Source: Felis catus
Taxonomy: Eukaryota
Reading direction: 5' to 3'
DNA length: 64,000 nucleotides
NCBI RefSeq assembly: GCF_018350175.1
Contig: NC_058373.1
Coordinates: 101,930,001 to 101,994,000, forward strand
Part shown: piece after piece, positions 52,446-63,444 of the stretch
How the letters are laid out: each line of letters opens with the position of its first letter
Numbering within the stretch: the first letter of the stretch is position 1
Translations under genes and position numbers: made by a program
Notes under the pieces: generated by a model
The model's input: only the letters and a program-made list of their open reading frames with translations
Told to the model about the DNA's origin: nothing
Databases searched by the model: none

Positions 52446-52769
52446 CCCATGAGAGGAAGCCAGGCCTGTGCAGTGTACTCAGCATTCCTCCCTATCACTT
52501 AGGTCCCACAGCTCTCCCTGAACACTGTGCCACTCACCTCTCACGTGAGTCCTGCCTGCTGCATCTAGATGCTCCTGGTAGACCAGGTTTGTCACATCGT
52601 TTAGATCAGGACACACCTACTGATGTTTGGGTATCAGTAAAACCAGGGAGGCCTCCTGCATCCCTCCCCCGGCCTTCATTTCGTGGTCACTGAACACAGC
52701 TGCTTCTACCTACGACAGTGGCTAACCCATGCTTCTCTCTGCTCACTGGGTAAGCCCTTGCAGACAATC

Positions 52770-53830
52770 CCCAGCATGGACCACTACTGGGGTCCTCCTG
52801 CCACGAGCCGTGTCCTCTTTTAGGTCAACTGCCAGAGAAACCATTCTAAAATCAGATCTGATTACTCTGCTTATAATGCCCCAATTACCAAGTCCAAGCC
52901 CCTGTTCATAGCACACAAGACCCTTATGGCCTCATTCTGGGGTGGGGACTCTCCTATAGTCCCATGTGCACGCAGACAACCGAAAAGGAGCTGGGCGGCC
53001 ATCAGCTCCCTCTGCAGTCTGTTTCACTCCTAGCCTCTGTCTCTGACATGCACCTCCTCCATGTCATAGCCTGGTTTCACCAACTCTCCATAATGTAGAC
53101 ACGGCCTACCCTCCGTAGCCTCAGCATTCACCCACTTTCACAGGATCTTTCAGTTCCCCGTGCCCACAACCTCTAACGATGGTGCGTACCCCGAATCAGA
53201 CTCGTGAGGCTGAGAAGCTGGATCATTGTGGGTCAGATGCATACCCCTGGTCTGCTCAGCTGTGACCAGGGCTCAGAGTCATAGCCACCTCATGCCCAGT
53301 CTTTCAACAGGGACTCGGTGACACAGAGATGCTGCCAAAGGGGTGTAAGCTGGACAGGCCCACCTGCATGTCCTGCTGCCAGCTCTTCGGCACATCTCCT
53401 GCCACTCCTCCATCCCCCCACCCCTCATCCTAGACCTCCATCCAGCCCTCAGCCCCCACCATCTGACAACCAACATCACACGTAAGCGTGAGCTGGACGC
53501 CCTGGTCACCCTCTCCCTTTTCTGCCTCCTCCTCTCTTCTGCTACCAGCACCATCTTACACAAGTCATTTTCTTCCTCTGTGAAACTGCCCTTGACTTCC
53601 AGGGGCACCTTACATAGCCCTTCCTCCACGTTCCTGCTGTGCCCGGTACATACTCCATCATAGCAGTCATCACTCCTCCATCACTGTGGCTTTACGTGTC
53701 TGTCCCGACTAGCATGTGCGAGGACTAGGTCTCTTCACGTGGATTCCCAGGCTCTTTACAGCTCTCGGAAAGATGGCTGTTCTCCAGATGTTGAGTGGGT
53801 GGGTGTGTGAACGAGGGAGTGAGCGGATGA
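52770..53830 (+). mobile_element. Fragmented L2 LINE relic(s)
   Basis: ctgccagagaaaccattctaaaatcagatctgatt and L2-like 3' end near 53800; boundaries approximate. Confidence 0.45.
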
Positions 53831-53924
53831 GTAAGTTGGGCCCTTACCTGTCTTCGGAGACCAGGAAGGACGTGAAGACACGGTTTTGTTCACCTGTGCC
53901 CATCGTGTATTCTCTCTCTCCCAG

Positions 53925-53953
53925 ACGGGGTTGACCGGACCTCCACAATCTAG
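53925..53953 (+). CDS. SAMD4A: SAMD4A last coding segment (exon 13) including TAG stop
   Basis: tctctctctcccag|AC GGG GTT GAC CGG ACC TCC ACA ATC TAG = (D)GVDRTSTI*; phase matches exon 12. Confidence 0.94.
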
Positions 53954-54159
53954 AAGCTGAAGATGAGAGTGACCGCGCTGGCCGTGAAATCGACTGCTGC
54001 GGGTCCAGTGTCAACCATCTTCAGGGTTGCACGGAATCCTCCGAGATCCTTTGCAGCCTTTTTTTCCCCTGGTCCCTCTCCCATTTTGATTTTGTGAGAG
54101 CGTAGGTCGTCCTTGTAAACATATCAGTAGACCGGGGAGTGGTAATTTTGTCATTTGTT

Positions 54160-55016
54160 TCTGTCACGGGATGGCTTGGTGTGCGGGGTGGGGAGGGGGT
54201 CTCTAGGGAAGCGAGGGAGCGCAGGTGGCCTCCTGGATGGAAGGAGGGGCAGAAGAGAACAAAAAGAGCACCGCCGTGGAAGAGCCGCGGGAGCCGCGGG
54301 AGGGAGGCGGAGGCCTCGGGCCTGGGAGCGCCTCGACGCCGCCTCCGCAGTCAGGCCCCAGGACACAGTCGTGCGGGCCTGCGACCAAAGCAAGACGGCG
54401 GCCCGCCCTCCCCGCCGCCCGGATGGGCTTCCCCCGAGGACCCGGCTTGGAGTCGAGCCGCGGGAGAGGGCCGCACGGCACCGGCGGCGGAGGGGGAACA
54501 GCCCCTCCGACAAAATTGCAGAGAAACTTTGATTTGTGTATTGTTTACATAACAATTTTAAAGGGTACATAATGTGTAAAGAGTTTGGATAGAACTTCTC
54601 TTCATACTATGGTTTTTGTAAAGGATTTGTTGATACGGATTCATTTTTTTTCCTCTATTTTTATAATAGCAGCAGGGTTGTCTCTTACAATGGCTGCGGA
54701 GCGGTGCTTGCCGGGAAGGCGAAGGCACGTCACGTGGGCCGAGGCGTCAGTCGTTCCCCCCGCCCCCCGCGGGCGGAGGGGGGAGGCGGCGCGTGCAGGT
54801 GGGTTGGCGGGAGAGTATGTGGCTGCGAGGGGTAGAGCACTGGGAAGGTACGAGGGGGACGCACCGTGTGATCAGTTAGTGTTTGTTCGCGGGTCACCAA
54901 GAGATTGTAAAAGAATCCTGCGGCCCCTTTCTGGGCTGGATTTGCTTCTCACCCGGAGACCTCTTCCTCCCCACCCTACTGCAAGGTTTCATCCTAGCGC
55001 CCCCTGCTTCGCTGCG

Positions 55017-55047
<31 letters not shown>

Positions 55048-55330
55048 GCGCGCGCGTGGGTTCAAGTTTCCCTGGAGGAAAAATGGCAAGGACCGACTTT
55101 TTTCGCCTTGCAAAAGGCCTTAATTCCAGATGATGAGCTCAAAACACCGCTTCTACTGCGGTTGCGCTCAGAAACCCGAAGCTGGGGGCTGCAACCCCCT
55201 GGCTCGCTCACTGCTGAGGAACAGGAGGAGAGCAAGGCCCAGCAACAGTGTATAACCGGTCAGTCAGCAAGTGGCAGAGAGGGCCTGCGGGGACATGTGC
55301 AGTCCACGCGGCCAGGCCCCCACCGTACCA
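54160..55330. promoter_or_regulatory. CpG-island-like GC-rich segment inside the 3'UTR
   Basis: Dense CpGs (e.g. gagccgcgggagccgcggg, cgccccccgcgggcggaggg) compared with the CpG-depleted rest of the window; interrupted by an AT-rich block at ~54510-54690. Confidence 0.7.
55013..55058. repeat. Compound (GC)n(AC)n(GC)n microsatellite in the 3'UTR
   Basis: tgcgcgcgcgcgcacacacacacacacacacacacgcgcgcgcgtg. Confidence 0.95.
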
Positions 55331-56832
55331 GGTGGGCAGTGAAGGAAGATGTAGGAAAGGTCAACTGCGTGATGGAAACGTGGTTCTATCCACGTGTACG
55401 TCAGGGATTTGCTGTGTTGGCTGATTTATCTACCCAGCCACACACAGAAGGGAGAAAAAACCAGTCCTGACATAGTGAGAGATGAACAAACTATGCTACC
55501 ACAAAGTAATAGCTCTGTTTCTTAAGGGCAAGAAAGACTACGTTTGGGATTCGATACAATGGAGGGTATTAAAGGAAATCGAAGAGGAGTTGTGCTCTGC
55601 ACTGGAAAATTGGGTTGTGTAAATGATGGTATGAATGCTCAGCCAGAGGCGAGATCAGGGAGGTGGTATAAGGCCTGTTTATTAAATGGGTGAGTCTGGT
55701 GCCATTTCTTTTAGCAAAGTCAGAATCGAAATTGAAGAGATCACACCATGAAAATCGCTGCACTCGCTTACTGTTATTTTTTAAAAAAAGAAAGAAAGGT
55801 TAATGAAGTAAATACAGATTTAAAAGGCCTTAATGCAATCTAAACAACTTTCTTTTCCTTTCAAGATTAAAAATGTGCACTAACACAGCCTTGCTTTCTA
55901 AGTCTTAAGGTTTAAAAAGGTGGGAGCATCTTAATTGTAGACAGCCTTTAGCGAGTAAAGGGGGCTTGAACCCATGATACCATGCTTTGCATTAAGAAAA
56001 GAGACTTCCTCTTGGGTGACTACATTGTAAAGATGCAAATCCATGTGCAGAAAGAGGCAGCATTTTTTAGTTGATTTTTTTTTTAACCAAGTGCCATTAA
56101 CATTCATCCTCCACACCCCTTTTCTAAACAAACTTAGTGTTACTTGGGGAATGTGTTGGGATGGACGATCACATGTAAGGCAGGAATAGATCAAAAATGT
56201 TGAAGGCCAAAGTAAGACCAGAGGGTTTGTGAAAGTGTTTTTGGATGCTGAGGAAGTTAATAAAGAGAAGAAAAAACAATGGTATTACACATCTTGTGGA
56301 GAAATGAGAAAGCATTCAGATCTGCTGCAAAACACATATATCCATAAAGACTTGGGTTGTTCAGAAAACAGATTGTAAACACAATCACATTAGCATGAAT
56401 CCTTTAAAAGGAAGAAGACCTTAAAGTATTTGCAAATCTGGATTTCTATTTATTCCTTCACTGAATATAGAAACAATGGTTATCTGATTATTAGAGATAT
56501 TATTTTGGATATGTTACTTATTAACTTGCTATGGCTGGTAACCATGATAAAGTCTGTTATTAATAACAACATAATTCTTTTTTTAAAAAAAAGAAAAGCT
56601 TATTTTTCATCGACTGTGTATAGATTTATCTACTTAGTTGTGTTTTGCTATTAGTGTTTTTTTTTTTAAGTTGAGTGTTCTGATAAATTTTAGGAGCCTG
56701 TCCCCACCTTGTTTTGAGTCCTGTGTTGACTGCAGGTATACAGCTCAATTTTAAAATCCTGAAGCAAAAGAACCTTATTTATAAAAGAATCAAACAGTTG
56801 CATGCGTAAGGCTGTGAAGTCCGATATTTAGT

Positions 56833-56862
56833 AATAAAGCGGCAGTGCCTTTTTTTGTATTT
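56833..56862 (+). terminator. Candidate proximal polyadenylation signal
   Basis: AATAAA at 56833-56838 followed by a T-rich tract (ccttttttttgtattt); ATTAAA at 56907-56912; another AATAAA at 56259-56264. Confidence 0.4.
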
Positions 56863-58310
56863 ACCCATTGACCCCCAAATGCAACTGTTTTATATTAATA
56901 GTAAACATTAAAAATCTCAGAGTAAAATCTATTTCACTACATGTCCTCCCCTCCCCCCTTTTTTCTGATTTAAGCAGTATGTATTTTGGCATCTCTACAC
57001 TGTCCCAGGGACAGTGGCGGTCTACGATATTGTTACCATGTATGATGTTTTATTGGTGCTTTTTATTCATAGTGGTTTCTTAACCAGAAACAGTAGGAAG
57101 ACACACATGAACTGTGTACAAGAATTGAAACATTGCTGCTGATATGTGTCTTTTTCCACGTGCTTTTTGAGTTTCACTTTTTAAAGGAGGGCCAGCAAGC
57201 AAAACAGATGCTGCTGGGTCTGCCTGCAGAGGGTGGCTGTTTGCACCGAGCTCTCAAATCCTGTGTATTGATGGTCCCTTTTTGGTACTCAGGATTGGAA
57301 CTACAGCTGGGCCCCCATCTCCCATTCATTTGAAGAGACACTGAGGGAAACAAAGTTTTCTTTTGAGGTGTCACTGGCTGCCTTTTATGGAATGGGAGAC
57401 TTCTCCGGGTCTGTGTTCTTCTGCACCTCTTGTAGCTACTGCCGGTGCAAGGTTTGTAGATGTGCATTCCCCAGCTAGAACCAGGATCTCACCCAAAGCC
57501 CAGGCTGGGGGACTGAGCTGGGCTGAATGCATAGACATGCAACCAGGAGGGCAGCGAGGGGAGGAAAAGCAGGCCGCAGTCTCGGCCCTCTGGAGGTGTC
57601 TGCAGCGGGCAACTCCAGCTTGGGTGCAGGGAAACAGCCTGACCAAGGCACTGGGGTGTGCCTCTTACAAGGAGGACCTGCAGAAGGATCATTTGCACAT
57701 GGGGCTGTGATAACACTAATGTTGATTTTTTTTTTTTTACAAGTCATCAGAGATGTTTGCAAAGTGCGTTTTATTTTTTTTGTAATTCCTTTATCTTTAC
57801 TTAAAGGTGAATGTGTATTCCTCTGGGAGGAATAGGAAGAAAACAGGAATGTTAATAATGTCAAACAGAAGACTTCCTCCCTTATTAATATATAACCCTC
57901 GTGTATTTATGCCTAATGTAAGCTGACTTTTAAAAAGCTTTCTTTTGTTGCATGCCCCGTGCAGGCATCCCTATTGTACATGCATGCCTCCGTCCTGTTT
58001 TCCTGTATAAAGTTAGTGAACAAAGAACTATTTTTGCCTAGTTCATGTTGCCAAGCAATGCATATTTTTTAAATTTGTCATATATGGAAATAGCATGTTT
58101 GTTACATGTAAAGCTTTACTGATATACAGATATACTAATGTTTGAAGATGCTGTTCTTTGCAAGTGTACAGTTTTCAAATGTTGTTACCAGTGAAACACC
58201 CTTGTGGTTTAAACTTGCTACAATGTATTTATTACTCATTTCCTCCATGTAACTAAGAATCATGGCTATATTTCATATCAATGTTATATTGAAAGTGAAG
58301 GGAAATGATT

Positions 58311-58358
58311 AATACAAGGTTTTGTAACACTGGTGTGTGTGTCTTTTTTCCTTTTTGT
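58311..58358 (+). terminator. Probable distal polyadenylation site (variant hexamer AATACA plus GT/T-rich downstream element)
   Basis: AATACA at 58311-58316, CA dinucleotide ~12 nt downstream, then tggtgtgtgtgtcttttttcctttttg; several upstream TGTA motifs. Confidence 0.55.
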
Positions 58359-61300
58359 CAATGTGATCGATTAGAAAACAAACTGAATCTTAGAAATAAG
58401 CTAGCAAGGAAGAATGAACATGACATCCCTGTAAACTATCCCACCTGACCGTTCTATGCAAATTATGTCTGCAACTATGAGTTGTTTTTTTTTTTTTTTT
58501 ACAAAAGAGTAGGGTAGAGAGGTATAAAAATTTATGCAGCTTGATATGTGCCCAGAGTAGCCAATGAATGCATCACCTGACTTGAAGCCATGTTTCTAAA
58601 TCCAAACCCTATCCTTGTAAATGATACTGCTTATAACTTACTCTCCATCCTCAATGCCTATGAAATCATATTGCAACCCTAAACCATGGCAAGAAGAAAC
58701 AGCAGCGTCCTTGGAGCCTTGGGGTTTTGACTACACGTGGCTTGAATCTCATTCTAATACCTCTAATTCCAGTATGATATTTGATATAAATTCTAAATAA
58801 TGCCAGTTAAGGATATGGCTGGAGAGACTAATATGGGTTTGAAATCTCGGGCTGTGTGATAGGCAACAAGTTACTTAACCTCTCTGGTCTTTGGCTTCGT
58901 TTGTGTTTTGGCCTAATGATACTCAAAGTTTATATAATTAAACCTGTAATCCAGAGAAGGAGAAGACAAAAGAAAAAATAGGATATAGAGGTTATTACCA
59001 CCAAACCAAGATTTTTCTGAGGCAACCACAGCTTGATATTGTAACAATGACCACACACTCTTTTTACCAGTCTCAAGCTACTCAACCGAAATGCAAAATC
59101 AGGTTTCCCTGGAAACATGTAGAAATGCCTCATAAGCTGAGATATTAAATGATGCTAAATTCCTCTTAAAGTTAAATTCTCATAACTCAAATGAGATACA
59201 ACTCCCTGTATGACCAGACTCTTCTGAAGGGAAGGGGATAATGTGCAAGAGAAAAGTTGAGCCTCACTTCTGCAATGTGTGAAATGAGAATAAATGTGAA
59301 AGGTAGGAGATTAAGAGAAACAGGGCTCAGCATGGTAGCCTGAAAGGAGTTGGCTAGTGCTTTTCTCAGCAAAGCCGTGGCTCTTTGCCATTGAACTTAG
59401 TAACAGAACGTTCAATCCTGGAGACATTACTCATAGGGTAGAGCATTTAGGGTGTCCCCTAGCAGTCCTCTCTGCAGAAGAGCCTTAATTCCATTATTAA
59501 AGGGGGATGTGTAACACCTCTATAGCATACTGGCTGGGAAGAGGCTGCAATGGGCTTGTGAGAGGACTCCAGAAGGAGCACAGATGGGCACCATCAATTC
59601 ATGCTCTCTCTGCTAATGAGGAAGGTGCCAAGGGGGTAATACAAGGAGAATCCAAACTCCTGTGAAAGCACCTTGGCTTGGTCCCTGGAACAGTTACTAT
59701 ATTCATCCATGGCCCTGACTCCCTATCAGCCCAAGACTTGGATGTTGAGAGGGGGGCTTAAGGACAGCAAAAATCTCGCCCATGACTAGAACCTAACCCT
59801 TCTCTATAAAGATGTGGAGTGGTCAGCGTGCACCTGGCCCACAGAGAAGCACACTATGGCAGCTTGTACTTCATCTATTTCCCCTTTTCCAGTGGGCAAT
59901 GCTAGCACATCACTCCAGCACACCTGACAGATATCCCTCCACCGTCTTCCACAAACACTTCTATTTTCTATTTTCCATCCATACCTCACAATCCATACCC
60001 AAAAACCACCTCTTCCCTGAGCACTTCAGCCTCTGGATTGTCAACAGTAGCTCTAGCATGCCCTAGCTCACTGTGTCTCAAACCATCTGTGAATTACAGT
60101 TGTAGTGGTGGCTATTTACTTCTAATCCACATAGCCCAATTCTTTTGTAAAATACAATAAGAAAGTTTTTTAATCACAAGCCCTGTCTCGTACTAGACTC
60201 GACAAAATTATTCTGTCAAATTGCTATAAAAAGTAGCCCTGTTCTGGCTCCCTGAGCTCTAGGGTCAGTCTGCAAAATCAGTCTGGGATATTGCCCTCAG
60301 GGTGAGATGATGGAAACCCTAATGCCAACATCTCCCCTCACCCAGGTCAACAATGCCCACAATACAGTAGAGAAGTGCCTATCAGGTGCAAGGAAAGCCT
60401 GGAAGTGGGCTGAAGAACACAAGGACTTTGTTCCCTAGTCATTTCTAAGAGCTGAAAACAAAATATTTGAGAAAGGGGATGTGTTGGAAGGAAAGGAAGA
60501 GGAAAATCCAGAAGGTAATGGGACTGGTTATGGGAGGTGAGAGCCTGAACCTGAAGTCTCTGGAAATGGGTCAAGCAATAGAGCACTATTTCCAGAGCAT
60601 CCCTGAGATGTGTCTTCTCACTTCCCACACTCAGTTTCTGGCACAGATGGATTGAGAATGGAGGGTGGCTCCTCTGTGTGTGTGCATCTATCTACACATT
60701 TAGGATACAAGTACATGAAGTAGGAAATGCGGGTGCCTAGGGAATTGGAGATCTTTGGCAAACTTAAGAACGACCTTACAAACGTTGCTGAGGAGCTCCA
60801 CTGGAGTGAATGGTCTTTCACAGTATCCTCCCATGTAACAACCTGGCCCAAGGTCTCCATCTGACCAGCTTTGCCCATGGGGCTCTTGCACACAGATATG
60901 GACCTCTCTGTGATGTAAACTTGGGAAGTCAGTGTCTGAGAATTTCCTCCATGGAATATTTTTCACTCTTAAGTGGTTTCTACTTCAATTTTTAAAACTG
61001 ACGGAGAAGCATTTTGGCAACCTTATAAAGCTCAGACTTTATAAAAAGACAGCTTTGTGTTTACGCTTGACTCAGAATGCATGTTTTTAAATAGTGTGTT
61101 CCACAGTTTTTTGAAGTTCTTTTTTTTTTTTTTTAAGTCCTATCCAGGAGAAACAAAATCAGAGCTTTGGTGAGTGAAATGGTCCCATCAGAGCTGTTGG
61201 ATCCCAAGACGGCAGAGAGGTTCCAGTTTAAATCCTCCTGTGGGGGGCCACACCCAGGACTAGGTGCCCCTGTTTGTGCCAACATCCTTAGGAGACAGTT

Positions 61301-63049
61301 CCAGTTTTCCATGCCATAAAATTCTAACAGGCTCCAGAGTGAAGTCAGATGAAACTACAAAACCCCGAAGTCGAATCTGTCCAATCAGGATCTGTCCATC
61401 TGATCTGTCGAATCTGTCCAGTCCAACCATAATGCTTTCCATTATACACACCCCAGCTCTGTTCACTGGGAAAAAGCTATTCATGGATTTCCTGTACTTG
61501 TACCAGACTGAGTCCCTTTCAGCATTGACCTACGACCCTGTTACTCATCCAAGATGGAATATGTGCAAAGTCAGCAAACTGCAAATGAGAGAAATAAAAT
61601 CTATACATGACATATTTCCCCCATCCATCACCAAATGTATACATCCAAACCCTGGACAGAGAGCATACACCCTGCATGTCTCATCCCATCCCTGTGCTCT
61701 GAGGTCCAGATTGCTTCATCTACTAACCTACTCCACTGTCCTGTCCTAAGACACAGAACCCAAGCCCTTGTTCACCCGAAGTTCACTGCATTTAGCCAGG
61801 TGTGCTTCCAAAGTGTCATGTCTAACTCATCCCCCACTGAAATGATTTAAGGGGCTGGCCCCAGGTTTGCTGTCTTCCTCCTACAACAGGACTTCCTGAG
61901 GGCTGGGTGCTGACCAGCTGGATGTCTGAAGACAGAGGATGCCTTGAAAGACACAAGTGCCTAGTTCCTTCTGGAACAGGTAGGTGAAGTTCAATTACAG
62001 TGAGGCCTCTTCCCTGTGCCCACATGAGAAAAACTGAGATGCCTCAACAGGCCATCTGGGGGGGCAGGGTCCCTGTCCCTATTAGTCTCTTAGCCTGAAT
62101 GATATAATCTCATGGACCAGGGGTCCCCAAGAGGGCAAGAAAGAGAATAAGGACTGCCGTAATCCTCCTGGGTGGGACGTGACCACCCAGAGCCCAAAGG
62201 AAGCCAGTGGGCAGAGCTCTGTGTTCATTGTTGGGTTCCCTGGGGAAGCCAAGCTCAGAGCAGAGGGACGTCAAACACTAGCCATGCCACCCATCCCTAG
62301 GAAGAAAGGGAACGATACAGAAGGACCAAAAACCAGGAACTTGTGGAAAGAGCCTCGGGGGCATTCCCAATTTGCTCTCCCAAGGGACAGCATAGGAGTT
62401 TAGGAACTGAAATAAGGAAATATGGGACTTGTATGGAGAATGCAGAGAATGGGAAATCATAGGGGTTAGGGTCAGAGATGGGATGAAGGCAGAGGTAGGG
62501 CTGTAAAACTTTATAAACCCTGGTTAAAAAAAAAAATGTAACTCTGCCTTAAGGACCATAGCTACCCTTGCTGGGGAGTGATATGATCAGACATGAGAGG
62601 CTTTGTTTTGTGAAACAAAAGGGCCTAGGTGGAATGTCTCCCTCCTGTCCCATGCCTGGCCACTAGTTCCCTGCCCTGGAGACATTCAGTAGTAATTTCT
62701 TATGTGCCCACCAAAAGATACTTTGTATGTTTACAAACACTGGAATATTTCCCCCCTTTCTACACACGAAAGAGCATACCCTGCACGCTGGTCAACATTG
62801 TGTGGTATTTTTCTTTCTTCTCTCTTAAATCAGTTTCGGAAACCGTTCTACATCATTGCCTCATACACAGTGCTTCACTCTGCGGATTAACATGACTTCT
62901 TAACCATCCCGTTACTGGTGGACACTCGGGTTGCCTTCACTCTTTCTGTTACAAACAATGCTACGGTGAAATAAATGGTGCATGGGTCATTTCACATGTG
63001 TGCAAGCGTTCCACAAGTGGGAAAGCGGGGTTGCTGAATTCAAGGATAT

Positions 63050-63444
63050 TATATCAGTCAGGATTCTCTAGAGGAACAGAGGAGTAGGAGATTATAGAAG
63101 AGAGAGAGATTTATTTTAAGGAATTGATCGTGAGGGCTGGCAAGTCTGGATTCTGTAGGGCAGACCAGTGGCCTGGAGACTCAGACAGAAAGGAACTGAA
63201 TCTTCAGTCTTGAGGCAGAATTTCTCCTTCTGCCAGAAACCTCAGTATTTGCTCCTGAGACCTTCAACTGATTGGATGAGGCCCACTTACATCATCAAGA
63301 CGAATCTCCTTCACTTAATGTTAGTTGATTGTAGATATTAACCACATCTACAAAATACCTTCACTGCAACACCCAAATTCATGTTGGATTAAAAAGCTGG
63401 GTACTATAGCCTTTCTGCTTTGACAGATGAAAGTATCCATCACA
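63050..63444 (-). mobile_element. MLT2-type (ERVL) solo LTR
   Basis: tatatcagtcaggattctctagaggaacaga...gagatttattttaaggaattg...gattggatgaggccca...ccatcaca matches reverse MLT2 architecture. Confidence 0.75.

Larger units (their letters stand above)
4069..58330 (+). other. SAMD4A: SAMD4A (Smaug homolog 1) gene, 5'-partial: last ten coding exons plus 3'UTR
   Basis: Ten exons with canonical AG/GT borders and compatible phases give one continuous frame. It contains the Smaug SAM domain ([18 protein letters not shown]...[17 protein letters not shown]), the PHAT-like region and the C-terminus DGVDRTSTI, recognised as mammalian SAMD4A. Confidence 0.97.
53954..58330 (+). other. SAMD4A: SAMD4A 3'UTR (~4.4 kb; 3' end approximate)
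   Basis: Follows the stop codon with no recognisable interspersed repeats. The distal part is U/A-rich with many TGTA motifs and ends at a poly(A)-site-like arrangement. Confidence 0.75.

Noticed and set aside
53951..54097. In-frame stop-codon read-through extension of 47 codons to TGA at 54095-54097
   Set aside because: Stop context TAG-A lacks the leaky TGA-CTAG motif, and an open stretch of this length is unremarkable.
54139..55470. Overlapping 92-195 aa ORFs on both strands in the GC-rich UTR block
   Set aside because: Stop codons are scarce in GC-rich DNA; translations are low-complexity, include the CA/CG repeat and resemble no protein family I recognise.
56434..56445. AAAT-CTGG-ATTT SRE-like mini-hairpin
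   Set aside because: Four A-U pairs only; too weak to support and expected by chance.
61264..61749. 161-aa ORF downstream of the gene
   Set aside because: No recognisable homology, non-ATG start, no supporting exon structure.
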